Both the position numbers and the translations under genes were made by a program. Positions 54,301 to 64,000 of a stretch of 64,000 bases of DNA are shown piece by piece (the stretch's first letter is position 1; each line of letters starts with the position of its first letter). The notes under the pieces are model-generated. The model did no database searches. It had not been told where the DNA came from and saw nothing but the letters and a program-made list of their open reading frames with translations. Origin of the DNA: Mobula hypostoma (lineage: Eukaryota). The stretch covers positions 16,246,001 through 16,310,000 of the forward strand of contig NC_086118.1 of assembly GCF_963921235.1 (NCBI RefSeq). Reading direction: 5' to 3'.

Positions 54301-54863
54301 CGTACAACACAATTCCCAACTGTTACCCAGCTTATTTCATTTTTATAAAGTTAACCATGTAATATTTGTCATTTAACCACAGAAGAAAAAAAAAGTATGG
54401 ACGTTCTCCAACCATAAAACAACTACCCTGCTTCTGTATTCATACCAACATTTCAAAGTAATTCAATGTGTAAAACAATTTGAAATAACTTGGTGTGCAA
54501 GATGTATCATTTAAGTGCAACTACCTTATTTCTTAAGAAATAAAATGCAAGATGGATGATATCGATGAGTCCGAAGTTTTCAGAAAAGAGACACTGTACA
54601 CAATGACACCCCATAATTTTACAATTGTTGCAGGCATAAAACTTGCTTCCACTTAAATAATTTCATGATAACAGATCAAAGTAGGGCGAAATTAAAACTA
54701 TCTAACCTGAATCCACACCTTACAAATCCAAGCCCAATGAAGAGGCTGTCTGCAGCGACAATATCTACACCAAGGTATTAACAGCCCATAGCAGAAAGGC
54801 AAAAAGGAATATAACTTATACATTGCAAATAGCATTACACAAAAGTGCTGTCCGATGACTTAC

Positions 54864-54951
54864 CCTGCATGCAGGTGGTTGTGTTTTGCTGCTGACTCTG
54901 TTGCTGCTGTGCTGAGCTGCTGGAGTTGTTGCTGTAGCTGGGAGTCGCCAT
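54864..54951 (-). CDS. First coding exon of an unidentified host gene (MATPSYSNNSSSSAQQQQSQQQNTTTCMQ + G, phase-1 end)
   Basis: ATG at 54951-54949 in good Kozak context (gtgcaATGG). 88 nt open frame, Ser/Gln-rich, ending CAG G|GTAAGT (consensus donor at 54863-54858). Lies ~0.7 kb downstream of a CpG-rich promoter. Family not recognised. Confidence 0.65.
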
Positions 54952-55698
54952 TGCACAGATAATATTCCAAAGGGGGCTGCAATGCAGCAACTCGGTCACT
55001 CGCTTCCTTTTATATATATATATATTTATGTGAAAAACACAACACACACGCAAAACACTTGCACCTAGTCTCTAAATCAAATAAAGAGGACCCAAACCCA
55101 CACCGTCGCCGTCAGGAAAAACGTTTGAAAACCTCTTGCAGCTTTCTTTCAAGCATCATATCACAACCACACACACACACACACACAGAATTTTTTTTAA
55201 AAACTTGGTTATATAAATGAAATAATTTTTTTCCAGAAAAAAGGTATACAAATTTATAGATTTAAGCCAAAATAAAAATCAGACGGCGAGGGTAACGCGC
55301 CGCAACGGTTCCCAGAGAAAAGTCCAAATAGTTTCTAACCGAATTAATTCTTTAGAGAAAAACAATATTTAAAACTAGGAACTGCCCGAGTGCCTGGAGG
55401 CGCCGCCACCGCAGCCTGACAAAGAAGCCATGGAAACCCGCTGCCCCCCTCCACGGCAAGAGAGAGTCCCTCTGTGTGTGAGAAATTTTTTTAAAAAAAT
55501 GAAATCTGTGTGCAGCCCGAGGAAGATGTAATCAGAGAAAAATTCGGGAAAATCCCATTAAGAATGCGTCTCTCCTGGCGTCACATCTGTAAGTGAGGGA
55601 ACAAGATGGGAAAGGGAAAGGGAAAGAGAGAGAGCGAGAGAGAGGGGGGGAGGAGGAAGGCAAGGACGACACTTCACACTGCGCAGTCGCACCACGCG

Positions 55699-55716
55699 TG
55701 CTGGAACCTGTAGTTC
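55699..55716 (-). promoter_or_regulatory. Second, opposite-strand ZNF143/THAP11-like motif GAACTACAGGTTCCAGCA
   Basis: Reverse complement of tgctggaacctgtagttc; one mismatch to ACTACAnnTCCCAGCA. Confidence 0.6.
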
Positions 55717-55777
55717 CACCTCCTGACGGAGTCCCGAGGCGGCAGGCTTCTTTACCGGCCAAGCCTTCGGTAAACAA

Positions 55778-55791
55778 ACTACAATTCCCAG
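55778..55791 (+). promoter_or_regulatory. ZNF143/THAP11-type motif ACTACAATTCCCAG
   Basis: Exact match to the vertebrate promoter motif ACTACAnnTCCCA. Confidence 0.8.
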
Positions 55792-57179
55792 GGTTCGCCA
55801 AGCTAAGGAGGGAAATGGGGGGTGGGGAAGCGAAATTTGGGTGAAGCATTGGTACCGCCCCTCGTGTTGCGTCGATTGTGACGCAAGCCGGAGGCGCTGC
55901 GTAGGCAGCTGAGCTGGAGTCAAAGTTGAGAGTTGTGTGTGCTCATCTTGCGTTCTTGCGTATCTGAATTTATTCCTTCACACAAGAACCTAAGGCCTTT
56001 GTTAACTTAGAACGCCTTCTGGCTTCGAGTAAAGCTGTAATCACCGTTGTCCTCAATGGACACCAAGAGTCTTGCCTTCAAGTTGAATTTTTATTTTGCT
56101 TGCTTCTGAGTTTGACGTGGAAGTGTTACGGTTTATTTCTATTAAAACGGGAACACATTTCAAAACTCATGACCCCACTAAATCTGAAATGGTGATGGCA
56201 AAACTGGAATCTACAATTTTTTGAATTGGTAGACACCTCAACCCTCAAACCAGCAATATCGTTCAATAACAGCGTGGCAGATTTCGTTTGTAATCTCAAC
56301 TGTCAACCTGCAGTAATTTCTCACCCCCCATTAATCAAGTGCATTTCTTCCATCTGCCTTCAAATATTCACCACCCTTTCCGTAAAAAAAATGCTTTATC
56401 ACTGTCTTAAAGGGACAATTAATGTTAGAGATGGGTCTTGTGTTGAACTTCTAATCTTATTTGAAAAATTGCTAAGGAAAAATCATAGCTTCCTCATAGA
56501 GAGGTTGAACCCATTTGATGGAATGTAAAAACCTTCTGTTACTGGAAGTTTGAAAAAGTATAGAAAATAGAGAAAACACAGTAGTAGGTCAGACAGCATG
56601 TGTGGAAAGAAAAACAAAATTGACAGAAGACCTTTTGTCCTGAAACGAGGCCTGTTTCATTTTCCATAGATGGTTCCCTGTTGAATGGCTTTAACTTCTC
56701 ATGCTTTCATATAATAGCTCAGGGTGCTCACTCAAACAGCTGTCTATGCCCGTGATGAAATCAAGTCCGGCAACTAAAACGCAATATGCAGCTCTGTGTA
56801 TTTAGTATATGAAGATATTGCTTGTTATGATATTAATAGAAATTAATTGTTGATTGCAGAATTCAATAGACTGCAAAACCAAAGAAAAGTAAAGTTATTT
56901 AATCAAATGGGGAATATTCTGTTACCTTGATTGTCCAGAGATTCTGCATAGGATTTTGATCACTTTGAACATTGAACTGAGGAATTTTATAAGTGTAAGG
57001 TTATATATTTTTCAAAGCTTTTTAAATTTTATGCTGTGGAGAGCAACATTGACAAGGCAGTACGTACTGAAATGGAGAAGTGAGAACTCTGCTTCTGTCG
57101 AGAGCTTGTTATACTATTTTACATTTTGTTAAACATTCCATCGGAAGAGAAACATGAAAAGTTTGCAAAACAGACAGAG

Positions 57180-58450
57180 ATTATTCAACCCACCAGATCG
57201 GTAGCAGCTGAAACAGTGTCAGCTTTCAGAACCAGGTCCATTGATCTCCAAGTCATGGCTCTTGAAAGTCCCATCCAGAACTGCTTTTATCATCTACTTC
57301 TATCATTCTGTTAAGCGCTTATTTCTGACCACTACAACCCTCAGGGTGAAAAACATTTTCCTCCTCTCTCTTTTAATCTTTCTAGTGATTATTGTAAGCT
57401 CACAGCTTCTAGTTCATTACTTTTCTACTAAGGGAAATGTGTCCTTTCTATTGCCTGATCTAGGCCCAAATATTTTTATATACCAAACGGCTTCCTCTCT
57501 ACTAAAGAAAACAAGCTCATCCAGCCTTTCTGCATTGCTAAAATGCTCAGTTCTTGGCACCAGCCTTCTAAATCAACCCTGTACCTTTCTCAGTACCACC
57601 TCATTTCTCTGGAACTGTGCAGTACAGAACTGTATGCTATAGTACAGAGACACAACTGCAAATGCTGTAATCTTGAGCAAAACAAAACTGCCAAAGGAAG
57701 TGAAACATCAACTATCCCTTTGTCTCCACAGATTCTGCTTGATTTGCTGAGTTCCTTGATCTGCAGTTTGTTTGCTTTGTAGTCATGTGACATTGCCTAC
57801 AGTTCCTACACTGCCCCACTACTGTTAACACTAAGTCATTAATATGTATTCTAAAAAGGAAGGTATTGACTATTGAGCCATATAGAAGTGCTCTGGCAAA
57901 GCCATTCCAATCACAAAAAACAGCAGTCAACCATTATCTTGTTCTTCCCGCCACTGAGGCAATTTTGTAACCATGTTGGTAGTCTCTCTTGGATACAATA
58001 ATATTTTATCAACTTCTTTGACCTATCAGCCAAAGCAACTTGTCAAAAAACTCACTGAAATCCATACAGTTTATTTAAAAAATATTGTCCTCATTTCTCC
58101 ATCCTGCTACCTCTTCAGAAAGAACAATTGCAAGTCAGACAGGAATGAGCCTTAACAAATGCCCGCTGACTGTCACTAACTAATCTATGCCTTTCTAAAC
58201 AAAGAATCATACTGTTCCTCCAAACTACTTCCAGTAATTTGCTCACTGCCTGGAGTAAATAACTACCTATGATCACTTCATTCCTTTCTCCATTTTAAAA
58301 TATGGCATAATATAGCAGTCCACCGATCCTTTGGCATCACTATGGTAACAAGGGACAAGCGCTAAATAATGATTAGATCCTCTGCAATGCCGATGTTAAC
58401 AGCCTGGGATATATTTTATCAGGATTTGGTGAATTTTTTGCTTTTTAAAG
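57180..58450 (-). mobile_element. Old CR1 fragments with a degenerate pLTR tip at ~57655-57775
   Basis: Minus-strand remnants (FRIHINDL; CR1-like 3' region). Confidence 0.5.
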
Positions 58451-60768
58451 AGGATAACTTCTTTACGTATTTACTATGTTTATTTAATACAATAATTCAC
58501 GATATCTTGTAGTGGTAATTGGGAATAGTATAGTCAGGGGAATAGCCAGAGTTCTCTGTTGCAAGAATAGAGCATCCTAAAGGTTGTGTTGCCTGCCTGG
58601 TGCCCGGGTTTGGGACATCTTATCTGACCTACAGAGGAATTTGCATTGGGAGGGAAAAGATCCAGTTGTCATGGTCCATGGGTAACAATAACACAGGTAG
58701 AGAGAGGAAAAAGGTTCTGCTGAGGGAATTGGATCAGATAGGGACTAAATTAAAAAGCAGAACCAAAAAGGTGGTAATCTCTGCATTACTCCCTGAGCCA
58801 CATGCAAATTGGCACAGGGTCAAGAAGATTAGAGAATTATATGCATGGCTGAAGGATTGGTGTGGGAGAAGTGGGTTTGGATTCATGGGAAATTGGCACC
58901 AGTACTGGGGAAGGAGGGAGCTGTACCAATGGGACGGGCTCCACCTGAACCGTGATGGGACCTGGATCCGAGTGAATCGCATAACTAGGGCTGTGGATAG
59001 GGCTTTAAACTAAATCGTAGGGGTGTGGATTCAACAGATTGGAGAAGTATGGATAAAGTAAAAGAGAAAAGTGTGAATAAAGATAAAGTAAACGCAAATG
59101 ATAAAAAAGAGTAAGGAGTGGAGTGAAGAAAAGTCAAGTGCAAAAGAGGAAAAGATTACAAAATTTTAAAAGCACAATGAGTGTAAGGGCACTTTATTTG
59201 AATGCCCATAATATGCAAAAGAAAGTCAGTGAGCTTGTGGCGCAAATCATTACAAAGGGGTATGATCTAGTGGCTATTACAGAAATGTGGTTGCAAGGTA
59301 GAGAGGATTGGAAATGAAATATCCAAGGATATCAGGTAATAAAGAAGGATAGGCAGGAAGGTAAGGGAGGTGGGGTAGCACTCCTAGTAAAGATGAGATC
59401 AGGATGATAGTGAGAGACGATATAAGATCTAAGAAGCAGAATGTTGACTCCATCTGGGTAGAGATTAGTAATAGTTACGGGGGGAAAAAATCACTGGTGG
59501 GTGTTGTCTATCGGCCACCGAATAATAACATTATAGTTGCACAGACAATAAACAGAAAAATATCTGAGGCATTTAAGAATGCAACAGCAGTTATCAAAGG
59601 GGGACTTTAACTTGCACATAGATTGGGTGAATCAAGTTGGTTGAGGCAGTCTTGAGGAGGACTTCATAGAATGCATCTGTGGTAGCTTTCTTGAACAGCA
59701 TGTTACTGAACCTACAAGGGAACATGCTATCTTAGATCTGGTCGTGTGCAAAGAGATGGGTAAAATTAGTGATTTTGTAGTTAGGGATCCTCTTGGAAAG
59801 AGTGATCACAGTATGATTGAGTTTCTCATACAAACGGAGGGTGCAAAAGTTCAATCTAAAACTAGTGTATTACACCTAAGCAATGGAGACTACAGTGGGA
59901 TGGTGGAGGATTTGGCTATTGTAGACTGGGAATACAGAAAATATGGTGGGACATTTGAGGAACAGTGGTTGAAGACTTTCAAGGAGATTTTTCACAGTGC
60001 TCAACAAAAGTATATTCCAGTTAAGACCAAGGACAGTAAGGGTGGGGACAGCCAGCCTTAGCTAACTAAGGAAATAAAAGAAGGCATCAAACTAAAAGCT
60101 CGTGCATACAAAGCCGCCAAAAGTAGTGGGAAACTGGAAGACTGGGAAAAATTTTAAAATCAACAAAGTACCACAAAGGGAGCAATAAAGAAAGGGAAGA
60201 TAGTTAATGAAAACAAACAGGCACAAAATATAAAAACAGATAGTAAAAGTTTTTTTTAATTATATAAAGTGGAAAGGGTGGCTAACGTGAACGTAGGTCC
60301 CTCAGAGGACGAGAAGGGGGAATTGCTATTGGGTAATGAGGAAATATCTGAGGCTTTAAATGACTATTTTGTGTCGGTCTTCATGGTGGAGGACATGTCT
60401 AACATGCCAAAGAGAGATGTCATGGATGTTATGGAAGATGAGGATCTTGATACAATAACTATCACTAAAGAGGTAGTGCTGAGCAAACTTGTGGGCCTAA
60501 AGATTGACAAGTCCCCTGGTCCATGATGCATCCTAGGGTACTGAAAGAAATGGTAGAAGTTATAGTAGAGGCTTTGGTGATAATTTACCAAAATTCTCTG
60601 GACTTTGGGCAGGGCCTGGCGGATTGGAAGACGGTGAATGTCACACTACTGTTCAAAAAAGGATGTGGGCAAAAGTCAGATACTATAAGCCAGTTGTTTA
60701 ACATCTGCAGTTCAGAAAACGCTTGAAGCTATCATTAAAGAAGAAATAGGCATCTAGAAAGAAATGGA

Positions 60769-61730
60769 AAACACAAAATACTCTGCAGATGCTGCCTCCT
60801 CTATCCCTATGTCACTCTGCCCCCTCCCCCAGCTGCCTATCACCTCCCTCATGGTTCCGCCTCCTTCTACTACCCATTGTGTTTTCCCCTATTCCTTCTT
60901 CACCTTTCCTGCCCATCACCTCCCTGCTTCCCCTCCCCCACCCCTTTATCTTTCCCCTTACTGGTTTTCACTTTCACCTGAGCTGTCTCCGCAGACTCCT
61001 CCACATCAGGTGGCAGGACAAAGTCCCCGACACGGAAATCCTGGAACGAGCTGGGCTCTGCAGCGTCTACACCCTCCTGCTGAAAGCCCAAGCCAGGTGG
61101 GCTGGACATGTGGTCAGAATGTCAGACAGCCGATTGCCTAAGCAGCTGCTGTACGGAGAACTGTGTCAGGGCAAGCGCTCAGTCAGGGGGCAGAAGAAAT
61201 GTTACAAAGACTGCCTTAAAGCGTCCCTCAAAGGCCTGGGTGTCGACATCAACACGTGGGAGACGCTTGCCCTCGACCGTCCAGCTTGGCGCAGCAAGAT
61301 CACCACAGGAGCCCGTGCAGCTGAAGTCAGGCGCATCATCGAGGCGCAACGAAAGCATGCTGTGCGCAAGGCCCGAGCAGCATCCACTGCCACGACAGCA
61401 CCCACCCACTTGTGTCCCACATGTGGGCGAGCCTTCAGGGCCCGGATTGGCCTCATCAGTCACCTCTGGACCCACAGCCACCAATCTCCCATTTGACTTT
61501 GAAGCCATGGTCATCTTCGACTACAAAGGACCAACAACAACAACAACAACAACTGGTTTTTCACCTGGAACCTACCAGCCTTCTCCTTCCCACCCTCCTC
61601 CCACCTTCTTTATAGGGCCTCTGCCCCTTCCCTCTAACGTCTTGACGAAGGGTTCCAGCCCGAAACGTCGACTCATCGTTTCCACAGGTGCTGCCCGACC
61701 TGCTGAGTTCTTCCAGCGTGTTGTGAGTGT
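60769..61730 (+). mobile_element. pLTR insertion with a short inverted 5' tip, itself interrupted by an RTE
   Basis: Perfect 14 bp TSD tagaaagaaatgga (60755-68 / 61731-44); inverted tip 60769-60794; hammerhead-like motif at ~61638-61673. Confidence 0.85.
60972..61551 (+). mobile_element. RTE-clade LINE 3' fragment with C2H2 zinc finger and (CAA)n tail
   Basis: Open frame CLRRLLHIRWQDKVPDTEILERAG...RWAGHVVRMSDSRLPKQLLYGEL...CPTCGRAFRARIGLISHLWTH to the stop at 61496; TSD actggttttcac (60960-71) / actggtttttcac (61552-64). Confidence 0.9.
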
Positions 61731-63072
61731 TAGAAAGAAATGGATCCATCAGACAGAGGCAGCATGGATTCAGCAAAGGCGGGTCCTGTTTGACAAACTT
61801 ACTGGAGTTCTTTGAGGAGTGCAGTGGATAGAGGAGAACAGATGGACGTTATTAACTTGGATTTCCAGAAGACGTTCAATACAGTGCCACATAAAAGACT
61901 TACTTATAAGATAAGGATACATAGAGTTGGGGGTGATGTATTAGCATAGATAGAGAATTGGTTAACTAATAGAAAGCAGAGAGTTGGGATACATGGGTGT
62001 TAATCTGGTTGGCAATCAGTGGTGACTGGTGTGCTGCAGGGGTCAGTGCTGGTCTTGCAAATGTTCACGATATACATTAACGATCTGGAGGAGGGAACTG
62101 AGTGTAGTGTATCTAAGGTTGCTGATGATACTAAATTGAGTGGAAAAGCAAATTGTGCAAAAGATATGGAGAGAGATATAGATAGGTTAAGTGAATGGGC
62201 AAGGGTCCATCAGATGGAATACAATGCTGGTAAAGGCGAGGTCATCCGCTTTGGAAGGAAAAATGGAAGATCAGATTATTTAAGTGGTAAAAAATTGCAA
62301 CATGTTGCTGTGCAGAGGGATTTGAGAGTGCTTGTGCATGAATCACATAAGGTTGTTTTGCAGGTGTAGCAGGCTATCAAGAAGGCAAATGGTATGTTGG
62401 CCTTCATTGCTCGAGGGATTGAATTTAAGAGCAGGGAGGTTATGCTGCAACTGTACAGGGTACTGGTGAGGCCGCACCTGGAGTACTGTGTGCAGTTCTG
62501 GTCTCCTTACCTGAGGAAGGATATGCTGGCTTTGGAGGCGGTGCAGAGGAGGTTCACCAGGTTGATTCCAGAGATGAGACTATGAAGAGAGATTGAGTCG
62601 CCTGGGACTGTACTCACAGGAATTCAGAAGAATGAGAGGAGATCTTATAGAAATATATAAAATTATGAAATGGATAGATAAGGTAGAGGCAGGAAAGTGG
62701 TTTCCACAGGTAGGTGAGACTAGAACTAGGGGACATTGTCTCAAGATTCGGGGGAGTAGATTTAGGACGGAGATACGGAAGAACTGCTTTTTCCAGAGAG
62801 TGGTGAATCTGTGGAATTCTTTGCCCAATGAAACAGTGGAGGCTACCTCAGTAAATATACTTAAGACAAAGTTGAATAGATTTTTGCATAGTAGGGGAAT
62901 TAAGGGTTATGGGGAAAAGGCAAGTAGATGGAGATGAGTCCATGGCCAGATCAGCCATGATCTTATTGAATGGCGGAGCAGGCTTGAAGGGCGAGATGGC
63001 TGACTCCTGCTCCTATTTCTTATGTTCCTACATTCTCCCAAACTTAAAGTTCCAAGTAAATTTATTATCAAG

Positions 63073-63073
<1 letters not shown>

Positions 63074-63119
<46 letters not shown>

Positions 63120-63169
63120 CACGCACACACACACACGCACACACACGCACACACACACACACGCACACA
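63074..63169. repeat. (CA)n microsatellite with CG interruptions
   Basis: Directly visible. Confidence 0.95.
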
Positions 63170-63194
63170 GTATGTATGTGATGTGTGATTAATT

Positions 63195-63382
63195 TGATTT
63201 ATTTATTGGCATACAGTACAGAGTTGGCCTTCCTTCCACCACCCAGCAAACCACCGGTTTAACCCCAGCCTAATCATGGGACAATGAACAATTAACCTAC
63301 CAACCGGCATATCTTTGGAATGTGGGAGGAAACCGGATCATCCATAGGAAATCCATGTGGTCACGGGCAGAACGTTCAAACC
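63195..63382 (-). mobile_element. Truncated V-SINE/HE1-like SINE
   Basis: Shares ttaacc...agcctaatca...aattaacctacc...tttgga..tgggag.aaac with the SINE at 14203-14482. Confidence 0.65.
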
Positions 63383-64000
63383 CCTTGTGGGCATTCACAG
63401 TAAATACAAAGAAACACAACAAAATAAATGAAAAATTACACACAACAAAGACAAATAAACAACCAATGTGCAAAAGATAACAAATCATGCAAGTATAAAA
63501 AAGAAAAAAAAATTCTTACCTAAAAGAAATCACATCAAACTATTGACCTATTATTTGAAAACATTATATCATCATACATCTCACAAATAGTCACCATTCA
63601 CTTAGATAACCACAATATATATACAGAAGAGCAGAAAGGATGCCGTAAGGGTATGAAAGGTTGTAAACAGCAAGTGATTCAGTAATTCTAAATCAAGCCC
63701 AGAGGAAAAGCAGAAATCTTTCATATTGTTATATTGACTTCCAAAAAGTATTTGATTCTGCCCCACACTCTTGGTTAATAGAAGTTCTTAATACCTATAA
63801 ACTACATCCGATACTTGTGAACTTTCTGCAATGTCTGATGAAACATTGGTGTACTATAATCACCCTACTATTAACAACCAAAATAGAACAAAATCTGGCA
63901 AACAGAGCTTAATAGTAAAAATAGAACAAAGGCAATAAATGCTTTTGCTGTAGTACCTATATTAACGTATTCTTTTGGCTTAATATCTTGGTCTAAAACC

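Larger units (their letters stand above)
55270..55960. promoter_or_regulatory. CpG-island-like promoter / 5' UTR of the minus-strand gene
   Basis: Sharp local rise in GC and CpG outside any recognisable transposon. Contains ACTACA motifs, NRF1-like TGCGCAGTCGCA (55680-55691), ATTGG/CCAAT (55848-55852), CRE/ATF-like TGACGCAA (55879-55886) and a GA-rich tract (~55606-55660). Confidence 0.8.
58505..63030 (+). mobile_element. Long CR1 LINE (SGNH-esterase-like ORF1 + disrupted ORF2), interrupted at 60769-61730
   Basis: ORF1 VVIGNSIVRG...YQWDGLHLN; ORF2 [58 protein letters not shown]. Confidence 0.93.

Noticed and set aside
55532..55923. Promoter-overlapping ORFs of 83-121 aa
   Set aside because: Low-complexity frames expected in GC-rich promoter DNA, with no recognisable domain or splice support.
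60789..61496. 235 aa ORF as a host C2H2 zinc-finger gene
   Set aside because: It is pLTR sequence read through into an RTE ORF C-terminus, bounded by a TSD and a (CAA)n tail.
61108..61815. Overlapping 235 aa ORF
   Set aside because: Alternative frame of the GC-rich RTE and pLTR; the poly-Thr run is the (CAA)n tail.

Overview
Eukaryotic, AT-rich, repeat-dense vertebrate DNA. The repeat mix (CR1, Rex1/Babar, Neptune-type Penelope-like elements, V-SINE/HE1-like SINEs, Tigger, Tc1, hAT) points to a cartilaginous fish, probably a ray; this is inference. The only supportable host-gene feature is on the minus strand: a CpG-rich promoter (~55270-55960) with two opposed ZNF143/THAP11-type ACTACA motifs, and a first coding exon (54951-54864, MATPSYSNNSSSSAQQQQSQQQNTTTCMQ-G) ending in a GTAAGT donor. 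I cannot name the gene and see no convincing second coding exon, so 1-54863 is probably one very large intron. Almost every long ORF in the track is a decayed transposon fragment or its antisense shadow. The most interesting signal is a family of Penelope pseudo-LTR (pLTR) modules carrying a minimal hammerhead-ribozyme motif. They occur on larger Penelope fragments, as tail-to-tail hairpins, and as coding-free insertions of 86-213 bp with their own 11-14 bp target-site duplications (TSDs). There are also several multi-level nested insertions and a young-looking GC/CpG-rich RTE fragment. I found no prokaryotic-type system. Boundaries of decayed repeats are approximate and were read by eye.
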